A DNA stretch of 64,000 nt from Clostridiales bacterium (GTDB lineage Bacteria > Bacillota > Clostridia > Saccharofermentanales > Saccharofermentanaceae). The translations under genes and the position numbers were made by a program. The stretch's first letter is position 1, and each line of letters opens with the position of its first letter. Location of the stretch: the NCBI GenBank assembly GCA_017513085.1, contig JAFWDK010000015.1, positions 128,001 to 192,000 of the forward strand, written 5' to 3'. Positions 30,814 through 40,394 of this stretch are shown here, one piece after another. The notes below the pieces were generated by a model that had not been told where the DNA came from, did no database searches, and saw nothing but the letters and a program-made list of their open reading frames with translations.

Positions 30814-32139
30814 TTAAGTGAAAAGGCGCTTCTTTATAGACTCGACATGGACGAAAACTTCGTTGTCCGAATCTTTCACGCAGTTTTCAATTTTGTTACA
30901 AGCATGTAGAACAGTGGAGTGATCTTTGCCTCCAAAATACTCGCCTATCTTAGGATAAGTCATGTTTAATTCCGAACGGCAAAGGAACATACAGATCTGA
31001 CGCGGAACAAGGATATCCTTGCTGCGCTTGTTTGACATTATGTCATTAACAGTGATGTTAAAAGCACGGGCTACGACTTCTACTACCAGATCAGGGGTGA
31101 CCTGACGGGCCTGCTTAGGAGAAATCATATCTTTCAGAGCTATTTTAGCGTCATCCAATGTAAAAGAACCGGCCAGCATGCAGTAGGCGACTACAGTCTT
31201 GTAGGCTCCCTCGAGCTCACGGATATTGGATGCGAAATTAGAAGCAATATAGTCAATTACAGAGTCAGAAAGATGTGTATTATCTTCCTGCATTTTTCTG
31301 TTTAGGATGGCGATACGTGTCTCGTAATCCGCAGGCTGGATATCTACGATCAAACCGGATGAGAAACGCGAACGAAGACGCTCTTCAAGATAAGAGAGGC
31401 TCTGAGGCGGGCGGTCACAGGTCATGAGAATAATACTTCCGGAATCGTAAAGATCGTTGAAAGTATGGAAAAACTCAATCTGAATCTGTTCTTTTCTCTC
31501 CAGAAACTGAATATCGTCAATGAGAAGATAATCTGCATTTCTGTATCTTTCTCTGAATTCATCGTATTTTTGTTCCTTGATGGTTGCGATGAACTCATTT
31601 ACGAAACGCTCGCAATTTACATAGACAACTTTGGCGGAAGGCTTATGTTTTGTAACGTAATTGCCGACAGCATGCATGAGGTGTGTCTTACCTAAACCGG
31701 AACCACCATACAGGAAAATAGGGTTATATTGTTTTCCGCCTTCGGCAACAGAAACACAGGCTGCGTGTGCAAAACGGTTACCGTCGCCTACAATAAAAGA
31801 ATCAAAAGTATAGTTAGAATTTAATCTGGAAGCATTGGAGGAAACAGTCGGCATCTGCTCGAAAGAATCCTCATGGATCTTAGCAAGTGTAAAGTCGGAA
31901 CCCGGCAATTCAAGCTTAACTTCCATTTTCTTGCCGATTGCTACTTCAATACAGTTTTCGATCAGACTCTTCATCGGTTCTGTTTGTTCCAGGCTGAAGG
32001 CATCTTTGACGGTAAGTATGATGAGGCTGTCATTGGAAAAAGTAGGTTCAATAGGGAGGATGAAAGTTTTATATTTCACCTCTGTAAGCTCTGATACCAG
32101 TATATCCAGAGTTTTTTTCCAAATTGTAATCGCGTCCAT
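30814..32139 (-). CDS. dnaA: Chromosomal replication initiator DnaA
   Basis: YGGSGLGKTHL, LLIDDIQF, RLRSRF, GGKDHSTVLHA. Start at MDAIT. Confidence 0.97.
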   Translation of the reverse strand: MDAITIWKKTLDILVSELTEVKYKTFILPIEPTFSNDSLIILTVKDAFSLEQTEPMKSLIENCIEVAIGKKMEVKLELPGSDFTLAKIHEDSFEQMPTVSSNASRLNSNYTFDSFIVGDGNRFAHAACVSVAEGGKQYNPIFLYGGSGLGKTHLMHAVGNYVTKHKPSAKVVYVNCERFVNEFIATIKEQKYDEFRERYRNADYLLIDDIQFLERKEQIQIEFFHTFNDLYDSGSIILMTCDRPPQSLSYLEERLRSRFSSGLIVDIQPADYETRIAILNRKMQEDNTHLSDSVIDYIASNFASNIRELEGAYKTVVAYCMLAGSFTLDDAKIALKDMISPKQARQVTPDLVVEVVARAFNITVNDIMSNKRSKDILVPRQICMFLCRSELNMTYPKIGEYFGGKDHSTVLHACNKIENCVKDSDNEVFVHVESIKKRLFT

Positions 32140-32375
32140 ACCAGTCCCCGTAACCAATCCAAAACGTATCACGTCAGAATGTTTACCCCCCCTCAGGGGT
32201 AAAAAGTAAGAATAATGATAGCAGAAATTCCCACTATTTGAAAGTATCTGATATAATAAAGTGCATAATTTTATCGAACAAATTTGCCTTAATGAGGGAG
32301 ATTGTAACATCGTTAAGGATAGAAATGTATGATGGGATTTATAAAACTACGATAAAAGAGGATAATACAGAACAT

Positions 32376-33089
32376 ATGTCCAGAAGGGATCCATATAAGA
32401 AAATAAGCATTAGAAATGTGATATTGATCGTTTTGGCTGTCATTTGCCTGGTCATCGGCGTGATCCTTCTTCTGATCGATCCGATCAAGAATATGAAAAG
32501 ACAGGCAGTTACAGACGATATGATGGAGAGCATCGTTGAAGGAAGCCAGGCTGTTTTCGTAGTAAAATCTGATGAGAACGAGGTCAATGGCGAAGAATAC
32601 GAGTACGATTTCGGTGTTGAAGAATTAAACAATGCCGGAGGAAATTACCAGGAGATCATCGAGGAATTACCGGATGAGACCGTTCTCACAGCACTAGGCT
32701 GGATCAATATTCCTTCGGTCAAGATCAATATTCCGCTTTGGAATGAAGCAACAAAGGTATCATTGAGATATGGGGCAGGAAGACTGGAGAAGACAGCTGA
32801 TCCCGGAGATGAAGGAAACATGGTCATTCTTGGCCACAGAATGCGTGCAGAAGGTAAACTTTTTAACAGATTGGGTGATGTTAAGATCGGTGACGATATT
32901 ATTATCACTACGATCGATGGTGCGGTATACACATATAAAGTCGACAAGATTTTAGAGGCTGTAAAGCCTGAAAATCTCGAAGATTATGTGGATATCGATG
33001 ATGGTGAGGGAACACAGGTCACGCTTGTTACCTGTACGCCATTGGGTGTTGCGACTCACAGACTATTGATCATCGGTCATCTGATTTAA
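32376..33089 (+). CDS. Sortase (class C/D-like)
   Basis: N-terminal TM; catalytic triad in GHR, TLVTC and HRLL. Confidence 0.9.
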   Translation: MSRRDPYKKISIRNVILIVLAVICLVIGVILLLIDPIKNMKRQAVTDDMMESIVEGSQAVFVVKSDENEVNGEEYEYDFGVEELNNAGGNYQEIIEELPDETVLTALGWINIPSVKINIPLWNEATKVSLRYGAGRLEKTADPGDEGNMVILGHRMRAEGKLFNRLGDVKIGDDIIITTIDGAVYTYKVDKILEAVKPENLEDYVDIDDGEGTQVTLVTCTPLGVATHRLLIIGHLI

Positions 33090-33110
33090 AGTAATGGAAG
33101 GAATAAATAA

Positions 33111-34568
33111 ATGGCTTCATTTCGATATCATTTTGCCATCCTCTCCGCTAAAGCCACACGACTGGCCTTGCGGATCATGGGGCGTGGCGCCACAACTTTG
33201 CCCGGAAAAGTAGCGGTAAAGTTCGATCCTCTCTTGCTTCAGAAACTTTGCGAGGGAAGAAATTGTGTAACGATCACGGGGACAAATGGTAAGACGACGA
33301 CAACCCACATGATCACGGATATTTTCCGCAATTGCGGATATACTGTTGTTACGAATGTTTCCGGAGCCAATCTTCTTTCCGGTGTTACGACTTCCATGAT
33401 ATTCGGTCTGAAAGATATCAAAAAGGCTGAAAAAGCGGGAAAGAAAGTGATCTGTGTCTTAGAGACTGATGAAGCGGCATATGGAAAAATAGCCTGTCAG
33501 ATCAAGCCGAAGGTGTCTGTGGTGACGAATCTTTTCAGAGATCAGCTGGATCGCTTCGGTGAGCTTGCCCATACCCGTGAATTGATTGCAAAAGGATTGG
33601 ACAGCTGTGATGCGGATATTCTTCTGAATAGTGATGATTCTTTGGTTTCCGAGTTATATTCCGGACGTGAGAAAAGAACTGTATTTTATGGTCTTTCCGA
33701 AGAATCGATGCACTACAATAATGTGACCTATCCGGATAAATCCGGTGTGCTTCCGGCTTCTTCCGATGCGGAATACTGTACCGGCTGCCGGACAAAATAC
33801 ACATACACCGCACGGAGCTTCGGACACTTGGGTGCTTTTTCCTGTGAAAAATGCGGAAAGACAAGAAAGAAACCACGTTTCTATGTGGAATACGATCTCT
33901 CGAGAAATCCTTCGGATGAAGGATACGAGCTGTCTCTTTGCGATGGAGAAGGATCTTCGCAAAAGAAAAAGCAAGTCAAGCTTCCGATTCCGGGTATGCA
34001 TAACTTCTATAATTCCATTTCTGCAGTGGCGGCTTGTGTCCGTATGGGCGAGATCATCGGAGATAAGGAAGAGCTTTCTTTTGAAAAATGTGCTGCCGCT
34101 CTGGAACATGTGGAAGCTGCGTTTGGACGAATGGAGAAGATCAGTATCGGAGACAAAAAGATCTGTGTCCTTCTTGTCAAGAATCCTGTTGGATTGGACA
34201 GAGCGCTTTCTTTTGTAGCCGGAGCCTCCGACGCAGAAGGCATATATATGCTTTTGAACAGTAATATTGCTGATGGCAAGGACGTTTCCTGGATCTGGGA
34301 CGTGGACTTCGAGTCGAAAGAGTTTCCGAAGAAGGTCTATGTTTCCGGTGACCGTTATGGAGACATGATGCTTCGTATCGTTTATTCAGGAGTGGACCGT
34401 TCACAGATCGTGGCAAAACCTATGGAGGAATGCGCGGATCTTCTTGATCAGGCGATTTCCGATTCAACCCCTGGAAAGTGTCTTTATATCCTGCCGAACT
34501 ATACTTCGATGCTGGCTCTTCGATCGATCCTGGTCAAGAGGTATCATCTGAAAGATTTTTGGAAATGA
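33111..34568 (+). CDS. murT: Lipid II isoglutaminyl synthase subunit MurT
   Basis: TGTNGKTTT, NLFRDQLDRFGE, Cys4 zinc finger, DGKDVSWIWD. Confidence 0.92.
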   Translation: MASFRYHFAILSAKATRLALRIMGRGATTLPGKVAVKFDPLLLQKLCEGRNCVTITGTNGKTTTTHMITDIFRNCGYTVVTNVSGANLLSGVTTSMIFGLKDIKKAEKAGKKVICVLETDEAAYGKIACQIKPKVSVVTNLFRDQLDRFGELAHTRELIAKGLDSCDADILLNSDDSLVSELYSGREKRTVFYGLSEESMHYNNVTYPDKSGVLPASSDAEYCTGCRTKYTYTARSFGHLGAFSCEKCGKTRKKPRFYVEYDLSRNPSDEGYELSLCDGEGSSQKKKQVKLPIPGMHNFYNSISAVAACVRMGEIIGDKEELSFEKCAAALEHVEAAFGRMEKISIGDKKICVLLVKNPVGLDRALSFVAGASDAEGIYMLLNSNIADGKDVSWIWDVDFESKEFPKKVYVSGDRYGDMMLRIVYSGVDRSQIVAKPMEECADLLDQAISDSTPGKCLYILPNYTSMLALRSILVKRYHLKDFWK

Positions 34569-34589
34569 TGAAAGGATAGTGTCTGGCAC

Positions 34590-35369
34590 ATGGAAAACCG
34601 TGAAATTGAACTTCGTATATGTCATATGTATCCGGATCTTCTGAATCTTTATGGTGATCGGGGAAATGTCCTGAGTCTGATCCGTCGGGCGGAACTTCGC
34701 GGGATCAAAGTGAAACTGGTACCTGTTTCGATCGGTGATGAATTCGACGAGAAGGATTTCGATATCGTTTTTCTGGGCGGTGGTCAGGATGCCGAACAGA
34801 ATGTGATCCGTAGGGATTTTGTTGAGGTAAAAGGACCCAAGGTCAAAGATGCGATCGAGCATGGCATGGTTTTTCTCTGTATCTGTGGAGGTTATCAGAT
34901 GCTGGGTAAATACTATCAGGAGCATGATGGTACAAAAATCGAGTGTCTCGGAGCTATCGATGTTTATACGGTCGGGGAAGATGTGCGCTTTATTCAGGAT
35001 ACGGTCTATGAAGCGGATTTTCTCAAAGATGACAAGGCAGAGGACAGTTCACGCCTTTATGGATTTGAGAACCATAGTGGACGCACTTATCTCGGTCCTT
35101 CCGTCAAGCCAATGGCAAAGGTGGTGGAAGGTGCCGGAAATAATGGTAAAGACGGCTATGAGGGGGCAATATACAACAATGTATTCTGTACCTATTCTCA
35201 TGGCAGTTTTCTTCCGAAAAACCCTCGTATGACAGATCATCTTATCAGGATCGCGTTAAAGCGCAGATATGGCGAAGACTACGAGCTTCCTGAACTCTCT
35301 ATGGAAACCGAGGAATTTGCGCGCGCAGCACTACTGCGGTACAAGGAGAAAGGAAATACTGCACCGTAA
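34590..35369 (+). CDS. gatD: Lipid II isoglutaminyl synthase glutaminase subunit GatD
   Basis: YPDLLNLYGDRGN, ICGGYQ, FENHSG, YSHG. Confidence 0.92.
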   Translation: MENREIELRICHMYPDLLNLYGDRGNVLSLIRRAELRGIKVKLVPVSIGDEFDEKDFDIVFLGGGQDAEQNVIRRDFVEVKGPKVKDAIEHGMVFLCICGGYQMLGKYYQEHDGTKIECLGAIDVYTVGEDVRFIQDTVYEADFLKDDKAEDSSRLYGFENHSGRTYLGPSVKPMAKVVEGAGNNGKDGYEGAIYNNVFCTYSHGSFLPKNPRMTDHLIRIALKRRYGEDYELPELSMETEEFARAALLRYKEKGNTAP

Positions 35370-35414
35370 GTATTGAGGCTGACCTTCGTAGCAAGGACTA
35401 CTACAGGAAAAGGA

Positions 35415-36368
35415 TCATGTGGTACGGTCGCGGCCAAGATTCTTCGATGTAAAGAGACGATCATCAGCCATGTGGATCAGTTCTCCTGCATCATTACAAT
35501 CTGCATAGCAGGCAATTCCCATACTTACCGTGAGACGGATCGGTTCACTGCTGTCATCCAGAAAAAGAGGATTGCTTGCCAGTGCGGAACGGACGCGCTC
35601 TGCTTGCGTCTTTGCGCCCTTAAGCGGGGTATCCGGCAGGATCATCATGAATTCATCTCCACCGATGCGGAACACCATGTCGGATTTTCGGCATTGGGAA
35701 GTCAGGATGCTTGCAATAACACGAAGCACGTCATCACCCTTGCTGTTTCCAAAACGGTCGTTGATCTTCTTGAAGAAATCAATATCCAGAGAGATCAGCG
35801 AGAAAGTATTTTTCGGATCATCCGGATTTCCGGTCTTCACCCGGCGGTTGTACTGGTACGAAGTTTTTTCCAGCATCTCGTAAAAGTATCTTCTGTTGAA
35901 AAGCCCTGTCAGGTCATCGACCTGGGATAGTCTCTTCAGTTTCTCATTGGTACGGCTGAGCTCTTCTTCCACTGTTTTCAATGCGGTGATATTTCTCGAA
36001 ATACCCCAGGTACCGATCACTTTTCCTTTATCGTCAAAGACAGGATATTTGGATGCGGAGTACCAGATCACGGAGCCATCCGGCTTCTCGAGTTTCTCGA
36101 TATTGGAAATGAGAGGAGTTTTGCTGTCCATGATCTCCAATTCTTCTTTTCTGGCACGTGTGGCAAACTCCTTGGGAAAATAATCAAAATCGCTTTTCCC
36201 CACCATCTGTTTCGGATCATCTATGCCAAACTGAGAAGCATGAGCCTTACTGTTCCAGACGAAACGAGAATCGCTATCCTTAAAATAGATCGTATCATTT
36301 GAATAATTACGGATGATTTCGAGGATCATTTCGTTATTGAAAAAAGATTTGTTGTTATCTTTAGCCAT
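35415..36368 (-). CDS. PAS-GGDEF diguanylate cyclase
   Basis: PAS domain, DDLTGLFNRR, RKSD I-site, intact GGDEF. Confidence 0.9.
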   Translation of the reverse strand: MAKDNNKSFFNNEMILEIIRNYSNDTIYFKDSDSRFVWNSKAHASQFGIDDPKQMVGKSDFDYFPKEFATRARKEELEIMDSKTPLISNIEKLEKPDGSVIWYSASKYPVFDDKGKVIGTWGISRNITALKTVEEELSRTNEKLKRLSQVDDLTGLFNRRYFYEMLEKTSYQYNRRVKTGNPDDPKNTFSLISLDIDFFKKINDRFGNSKGDDVLRVIASILTSQCRKSDMVFRIGGDEFMMILPDTPLKGAKTQAERVRSALASNPLFLDDSSEPIRLTVSMGIACYADCNDAGELIHMADDRLFTSKNLGRDRTT

Positions 36369-36517
36369 TTTTTCCACTCCTTCCCCGATCGGGGCATATG
36401 AAAAGACAAACCACCGCGTTTATTATCTCAAAAAGTTGTGAAAAAAGGAATAGAAAAATGCGGTGAAGCGGACTTTCTGCTATACTGTGTCTATATTACA
36501 GAGGCAGAGGTGCTAGT

Positions 36518-38050
36518 ATGAAATTGGAAATCATGGATACCACCCTCAGAGATGGCGAACAGACCCCGGGAGTATCATTCTCCCCGAGCGAAAAACTCAG
36601 CATAGCAAAGATATTGCTTGATGAGGTTAAGGTCGACCGCGTCGAAGTTACCTCTGCACGTATATCCGACGGCGATTTTGAAGCGCTTTGCAAGATCACA
36701 GAATGGGCAAAAGAGAAGGGTTACCTGGATAGTATTGAAGTATTGGCTTTTGTTGACCGTGGTCATTCTCTTTCCTGGATCGAGAATGCCGGCGGGCATG
36801 TCGTCAATCTTCTCTGCAAGAGCTCTCTGCATCATCTTTCGGCTCAGCTTGGAAAGACGCCTCAAGAGCATGTAGGCGAGATCCGTCGGGTGATTGAAGA
36901 TGCTAATTCACGTGGCATGCGCATCAATGTTTATCTGGAAGACTGGTCGAATGGGATCCAGAAGGATCCGGAATATGTTAAGATGCTCGTCTCAGAACTG
37001 TCAGTCCTTCCTGTCGAGCGCTTCATGCTGGCAGATACTCTCGGAGTTCTGACACCGGATATGACGTATGAATATGTATCGAAGATGACAGAGCTTTTTC
37101 CGGAAGTGCACTTCGACTTCCATGCCCATAACGATTACGACATGTCGGTAGGAAATACGATCATGGCGGTAAAAGCAGGTGCTAAGGGCGTTCACGTTAC
37201 AGTTAACGGACTTGGTGAGCGTGCAGGAAATGCCCCGTTGGCCTCAATCGTCGGTGCAGTGGCGGACTTTTGTGAGGACCGTGAGACCGGTATCGAAGAG
37301 GCTGCTTTGAATCATGTAAGTAAGCTGGTCGAGAGTTTTTCGGGAATGAGGATCCCGAAGAATCAGCCGATCACGGGTGCCAGTGTTTTTACGCAGACCT
37401 GTGGTGTACATGCAGATGGTGATACGAAGGATTCTTTATACTGCAATAAGCTGGCGCCGGAGAGATTCGGACGCATGCGCCGGTATGCACTCGGAAAGTC
37501 CAGCGGTCGGGCCAGTATTGCGAAAAACCTTGAGGAATTCGGTTTGGATCTGGATAAAGAATCCTTGAAAAAAGTTACAGCCAGGATCGTCGAGATGGGT
37601 GACAACAAGGAGAGTGTATTGACGGATGAACTGCCGTATATCGTGGCCGATGTGCTGGGCAAGGGCAATGGGGAATCCAATGTTAAGATCTTGAATTACT
37701 ATGTCTGCCATGCCCGGGATCTGAAACCTGTTGCGACGATGAGGATCCAGATCGACGATAAAGTCCATGAGGCGAGTGCATCCGGTGATGGTCAGTTTGA
37801 CGCCTTCATGCGCGCTTTGCAGAAGATCTATCAACAATTCGGAAGAACGCTTCCTTTCTTCGCCGACTATACGGTAACGATTCCACCGGGAGGCCGCACG
37901 AATGCTTTTGTCGAGAGTGTTATCACCTGGCGGGACGGCGATCATGAGTTTAAGACACGAGGCCTCGACCGAGATCAGGTCGCGGCTGCGATCAAGGCGA
38001 CTGCCAAGATGCTGAATATCATTTACGAGCAGGAGCAGTTGAACGAGTGA
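36518..38050 (+). CDS. cimA: Citramalate synthase / isopropylmalate synthase family (CimA-like)
   Basis: DTTLRDGEQ, YLEDWSNG, HAHND, GLGERAGN, C-terminal regulatory domain. Confidence 0.8.
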   Translation: MKLEIMDTTLRDGEQTPGVSFSPSEKLSIAKILLDEVKVDRVEVTSARISDGDFEALCKITEWAKEKGYLDSIEVLAFVDRGHSLSWIENAGGHVVNLLCKSSLHHLSAQLGKTPQEHVGEIRRVIEDANSRGMRINVYLEDWSNGIQKDPEYVKMLVSELSVLPVERFMLADTLGVLTPDMTYEYVSKMTELFPEVHFDFHAHNDYDMSVGNTIMAVKAGAKGVHVTVNGLGERAGNAPLASIVGAVADFCEDRETGIEEAALNHVSKLVESFSGMRIPKNQPITGASVFTQTCGVHADGDTKDSLYCNKLAPERFGRMRRYALGKSSGRASIAKNLEEFGLDLDKESLKKVTARIVEMGDNKESVLTDELPYIVADVLGKGNGESNVKILNYYVCHARDLKPVATMRIQIDDKVHEASASGDGQFDAFMRALQKIYQQFGRTLPFFADYTVTIPPGGRTNAFVESVITWRDGDHEFKTRGLDRDQVAAAIKATAKMLNIIYEQEQLNE

Positions 38051-38054
38051 GGAG

Positions 38055-38096
38055 AAAAAAAGTCGAATACCTGATTTCAGGAGATTCGACTTTTTT
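38055..38096. terminator. Bidirectional terminator between cimA and serpin
   Basis: A7-GTCGAAT...ATTCGAC-T6. Confidence 0.8.
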
Positions 38097-38196
38097 ATTT
38101 TGTCAGAAGAAAGTCGCAAACGCGAAAACGTCCAATGTCGACTTCCCCTTTTACCCACCTTCACGAATTCCGCCACGAATTCCGCAAGGAGCAAAT

Positions 38197-39645
38197 TCAA
38201 GCAACGGGCTGGTTGACGATACCGATAAACAGCGGTACTCCGGTGGGGCTGACGATCTCAAAGATAAATGGACGGTCAAAGACGAGTTCGATCCGATCGT
38301 CCGGCGGCATAGCGGCACCCGCGAGCATCATTGCGGTAACGGCTGCGGCTTTACATCCCTCTTCATCGATCGTGACGCGTACGTTCTGAATGGCCTGAGA
38401 AATACAGAGATCGTTTTGCCCTGTTCCAAGAGTGGAAAAGTCAGCGCTAGAAGAATCGAAGATATCCGTGATACCCATCGATTTCAGTTTTCCGTTCAGA
38501 TCCAGCGAGTTCGATATATCGAACTTCGGAAGAGAAAGCGTGACGAGCATGTCCTTTTTTGCGACATTGTTTTTGTTAAGCATAAAACCGAGACATTCTT
38601 CGTCAGACAGAAGTGCTTCCGGTGAGATTCCTTCATTGGGAAGGATCAGCCGCATATAACCGTTTCCATTCGTATCGAGAGAAATGGAGTCGAAGGATTC
38701 ACCACGGTAGAACATGGTGTGATTTTCGGCTTTCATGAAATCACAGGTCAGATCCTTGTCCGGTGCGTGGAAAGTGCCGGATTTGGTAGCCTGTTCATTA
38801 AACGGTAAGTCCCATTTTGCGGAATAATTCACCGTGGACACCAGAGCCAGAACGGTCTGCGGATCCAGCTTCAGATCCTGTACAAAATCGGAAAGAAGAC
38901 CATCGGTCTGTTCGTTGATCCAGGAGCGGTACATTTCATTGTATTTTTCGGATGCCGGATCACCGGTGAACGCGGAAGCGTAGTAATAGGCGGCCAGGTT
39001 TTCCAGAACCTTGGAATCGTACTTGCATTTGTTGTTCGTCCAAAGTGAATCGGCGAGGATACAGGTGGCCATCCCATCATTCGCATACGTCACCTCAAAA
39101 AGCGACTTGCTGTGGTTTCGGAGGGAATCTATGTCCTTTTCGTGGAGAACGTTCAGGATCTGTTGACGGCTCTGTCCACCAGAGATCTCTGCGGTCATTC
39201 CCAGAGCCAGATAGAGGCTGAGAGGAGAGAACACAAAGTTTTCCTTACTGTCCGGTTCCGACATGGCGCTGACGACTTCTTTGAAGTATTCAAAATAGGC
39301 TGTCTGGTAGCCGGTCGGCTGTTGTAAAAGCACTTCACGGGTTTCGTGCCAGAGCTTGTACTGTTTGTCAAATTCAGAGAAGGACAAAGCTTTTTCGTCC
39401 GGATACTCGGCCATTTCCGGATAGTTCGGAGCGGCCAGGACCTTCGCGGTAGCATGGCTTTCTCCGATGAGATTGCTGACGAATTTCGGAGGGAAAAGCG
39501 CCAGAAGCAGTACTGCTGCGGCGACGACGACGGCCACAGAAGAGATGAAGAGGACCTTGTGGCTCTTTTTACGGGGAGACAGATTGGGGATCAGTTTTTC
39601 GTCGATCTTTCCGATGGCATCTAATAATTCTTCGTTCTTTTTCAT
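38197..39645 (-). CDS. Membrane-anchored serpin with anti-sigma-like N-terminus
   Basis: ELLDAIGKIDEKLI, one TM, then FSPLSLYLALGM, AKWDLPF, DEEGCKAAAVT hinge, VFDRPFIF. Confidence 0.88.
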   Translation of the reverse strand: MKKNEELLDAIGKIDEKLIPNLSPRKKSHKVLFISSVAVVVAAAVLLLALFPPKFVSNLIGESHATAKVLAAPNYPEMAEYPDEKALSFSEFDKQYKLWHETREVLLQQPTGYQTAYFEYFKEVVSAMSEPDSKENFVFSPLSLYLALGMTAEISGGQSRQQILNVLHEKDIDSLRNHSKSLFEVTYANDGMATCILADSLWTNNKCKYDSKVLENLAAYYYASAFTGDPASEKYNEMYRSWINEQTDGLLSDFVQDLKLDPQTVLALVSTVNYSAKWDLPFNEQATKSGTFHAPDKDLTCDFMKAENHTMFYRGESFDSISLDTNGNGYMRLILPNEGISPEALLSDEECLGFMLNKNNVAKKDMLVTLSLPKFDISNSLDLNGKLKSMGITDIFDSSSADFSTLGTGQNDLCISQAIQNVRVTIDEEGCKAAAVTAMMLAGAAMPPDDRIELVFDRPFIFEIVSPTGVPLFIGIVNQPVA

Positions 39646-39646
39646 G

Positions 39647-40195
39647 TTATACACCTTCTTTTTCCAGTAGATCTTTCAGCTTCTTTCGGATCCGCACAAG
39701 CTTCATCTTGATGGCGGCTTCGGAGATCTTGTATCTTTCTGCGATCTCTTCGATGGAAAGAAAATACCAGTAACGGTAGAGAAAGATGTCTTTGTCTTTT
39801 GTGTTCAGGCTTCGAAGAAAACTCTCGATCAGATCCTTCAGGATCACCTGTTCTTCGATGGCACTGTCTTCTTTTCCGATGCATTCACCCAGTTCATCCA
39901 GGCAAAGTGCGGTCTGGCTGCCCTGATATTTCTGTGCATGATCCTTGCGGTACCGGTTCAACGCAAGGTTTCGGGTGATCGTGCCAAGGAAGACCGAGAG
40001 GCGGGAAGGGCGGGCAGGTGGTATGGCATTCCAGGCCCGGAACCATGTGTCATTGACACACTCTTCCGAGTCTTCGCGGCATTGAAGGATATTCTGCGCG
40101 ATGGTAGAACAGTATGCACCGTATTTTTCCGAGCATGCCGTTATGGCAGAATCGTCCCTTGCAAAGTAAAGATCCAGGATCTTTTCGTCTTCCAT
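39647..40195 (-). CDS. ECF RNA polymerase sigma factor
   Basis: EDSEECVNDTW, ITRNLALNRY, FLYRYW, IKMKLVRIRKKL. Confidence 0.92.
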   Translation of the reverse strand: MEDEKILDLYFARDDSAITACSEKYGAYCSTIAQNILQCREDSEECVNDTWFRAWNAIPPARPSRLSVFLGTITRNLALNRYRKDHAQKYQGSQTALCLDELGECIGKEDSAIEEQVILKDLIESFLRSLNTKDKDIFLYRYWYFLSIEEIAERYKISEAAIKMKLVRIRKKLKDLLEKEGV

Positions 40196-40225
40196 TTTCC
40201 ACCCTCGCTTTCGTTCTCTCACTAT

Positions 40226-40256
40226 TATAGACAAGATAGCGATGTAAAAAGTAACA
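40226..40256 (-). promoter_or_regulatory. Putative ECF promoter TGTTAC-N17-TGTCTATA
   Basis: Same geometry as the promoter at 18857-18887. Confidence 0.5.
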
Positions 40257-40321
40257 CGATTTTCGGAAAAATCAGAAAAACAAGATTGCAAATCTTTTGA
40301 TCCATACTATAATAATCATGC

Positions 40322-40376
40322 GCGGAGATTCCGCCGCCAAGCAGTTCGGGTCCGATATCCTGCTTGTAAAACCTAA
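40322..40376 (+). ncRNA. preQ1-I riboswitch candidate
   Basis: Upstream hairpin GCGGA-GA-TTCCGC; P1 AAGCAG/CTGCTT; loop TTCGGGTCCGATATC; A-rich tail GTAAAACCTAA able to form a pseudoknot. Lies just before the RBS of a VUT gene. Confidence 0.7.
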
Positions 40377-40394
40377 AACCAAAGGAGCAATTAT

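Noticed and set aside
32140-32310. Extended N-termini from the ORF track (dnaA, sortase, ECF 40291, CDF 47577, TetR 2139, HEPN 22760)
   Set aside because: Downstream ATGs have better RBS and match family N-termini; the extensions cover promoter DNA.
38162-38185. Tandem 12-bp repeat CACGAATTCCGC x2
   Set aside because: Only two copies in a 3' spacer, with no supporting context.
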